Part shown: positions 63,125 through 64,000 of the stretch, in pieces
How positions within the stretch are numbered: position 1 is the first letter of the stretch
How the letters are laid out: every line of letters starts with the position of its first letter
Assembly: GCF_006345805.1 (NCBI RefSeq)
Contig: NC_043000.1
Span: 116,064,001 to 116,128,000 of the forward strand
Direction of reading: 5' to 3'
Source: Octopus sinensis
Taxonomy: Eukaryota
Length of the DNA: 64,000 nt
Program-made: the position numbers and the translations under genes
The notes under the pieces: model-generated
Seen by the model: the letters and a program-made list of their open reading frames with translations, nothing else
Told to the model about the DNA's origin: nothing
Databases searched by the model: none

Positions 63125-63525
63125 TAATCTTTTCTACTCTAGGCACATGGCACGAAATTTGGTGGGAGGGACCAGTCGATTATATCGACCTCAGTATGCA
63201 GCTGGTATTTGATTTATCGACCCCGAAAGGATGAAAGGCAAAGTCGACCTCGGCGTAATTTGAACTCAGAACGTAAAGACAGACGAAATACCTGTTACAT
63301 TACTACCCACAAGGAGCTAAACACAGAGGAGACAAACAAGGACAGACACACGGATCAAGTCGATTATATCGACTCCAGTGCGTAACTGGTCCTTAATTTA
63401 TCGACCCCGAAAGGATGAAAGGCAATTTCGACCTCGGCGGAATTTGAACTCAGAACATAACGACAGACGAATTACGGCTACGCATTTCGCCTCGCGTGCT
63501 AACGATTCTGCCAGCTCGCCGCCTT
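63125..63525 (-). mobile_element. SINE family A dimer
   Basis: Head at ~63500-63525; junction at ~63291. Confidence 0.88.
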
Positions 63526-64000
63526 GAATAACAGATGCAAGAGTACAGTAGAACATAGTGGTTGACTCTACATTTTGCTTTATGGAATCTGCGTTTCGGT
63601 AGAGGCATACTTAATGGAAACTTCTGGAAAACGTTGCATATTTCCTTTCCGCCAAGACATGGTAATGCAACACGTTCTCTCTTACATGGTGCTTTTACTT
63701 AATTGACAATTGCAACAGAAAGTACTATTAAATTCCTCGAATATTCATTGTAATATTATAATGAATGGAAGATCTAAAATTCTAATAAAAGGAAATTTTA
63801 AAGAGAAAGTTATTCAGCGCAGATAAGATGAAAATAACGAAGTCAAGACAAATATTATTATATATGATTTAACTCAACATGACATTGCATTACATTTCTC
63901 TAATATTCCATCATGTTATATTAAACGTTGCTTCATAGAGTGTACAGCACTTCAGCATGTCTCTCCATTATTTGGCGTTGCGTAATATCTGACATTACTC

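Noticed and set aside
1-64000. Prokaryotic or viral defence or metabolic system
   Set aside because: No operon-like gene density or long non-TE ORFs; the content is SINEs, LINEs and microsatellites typical of an animal genome.

Overview
AT-rich eukaryotic DNA dominated by microsatellites and transposon relics. It is most probably a coleoid cephalopod (Octopus-like) intron or intergenic region; this is inferred from the SINE families and repeat landscape, not from a search. No intact host protein-coding gene is recognisable, and nearly all ORFs in the supplied track are microsatellite artefacts. Supported content: about 30 tRNA-derived SINE copies in four families; a probably full-length but decayed CR1/L2-group LINE (33.8-38.6 kb) with an inverted partial copy; a second internally deleted CR1/L2-group LINE (20.6-23.1 kb); fragments of Penelope RT, R4/Dong-like RLE, RTE, mariner/Tc1 and piggyBac; several MITE/foldback elements; and a 36-bp minisatellite. 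Three observations stand out. (1) A TSD-flanked 325-bp element (381-705) joins a tRNA-like Pol III head, an (AAT)n linker, a minimal type-I hammerhead ribozyme motif and a Penelope-style inverted terminus, making it a candidate Penelope-mobilised, ribozyme-bearing SINE. (2) An ancient collinear tandem array of non-repeat segments (13.7-29.4 kb) keeps a conserved 12-13-bp core, which in one copy lies in a perfectly flanked 18-nt microexon-like unit. (3) A nested, essentially perfect 152/143-bp palindrome lies at 56.5-57.4 kb. All alignments and translations were done by eye, so coordinates of degenerate features are approximate.
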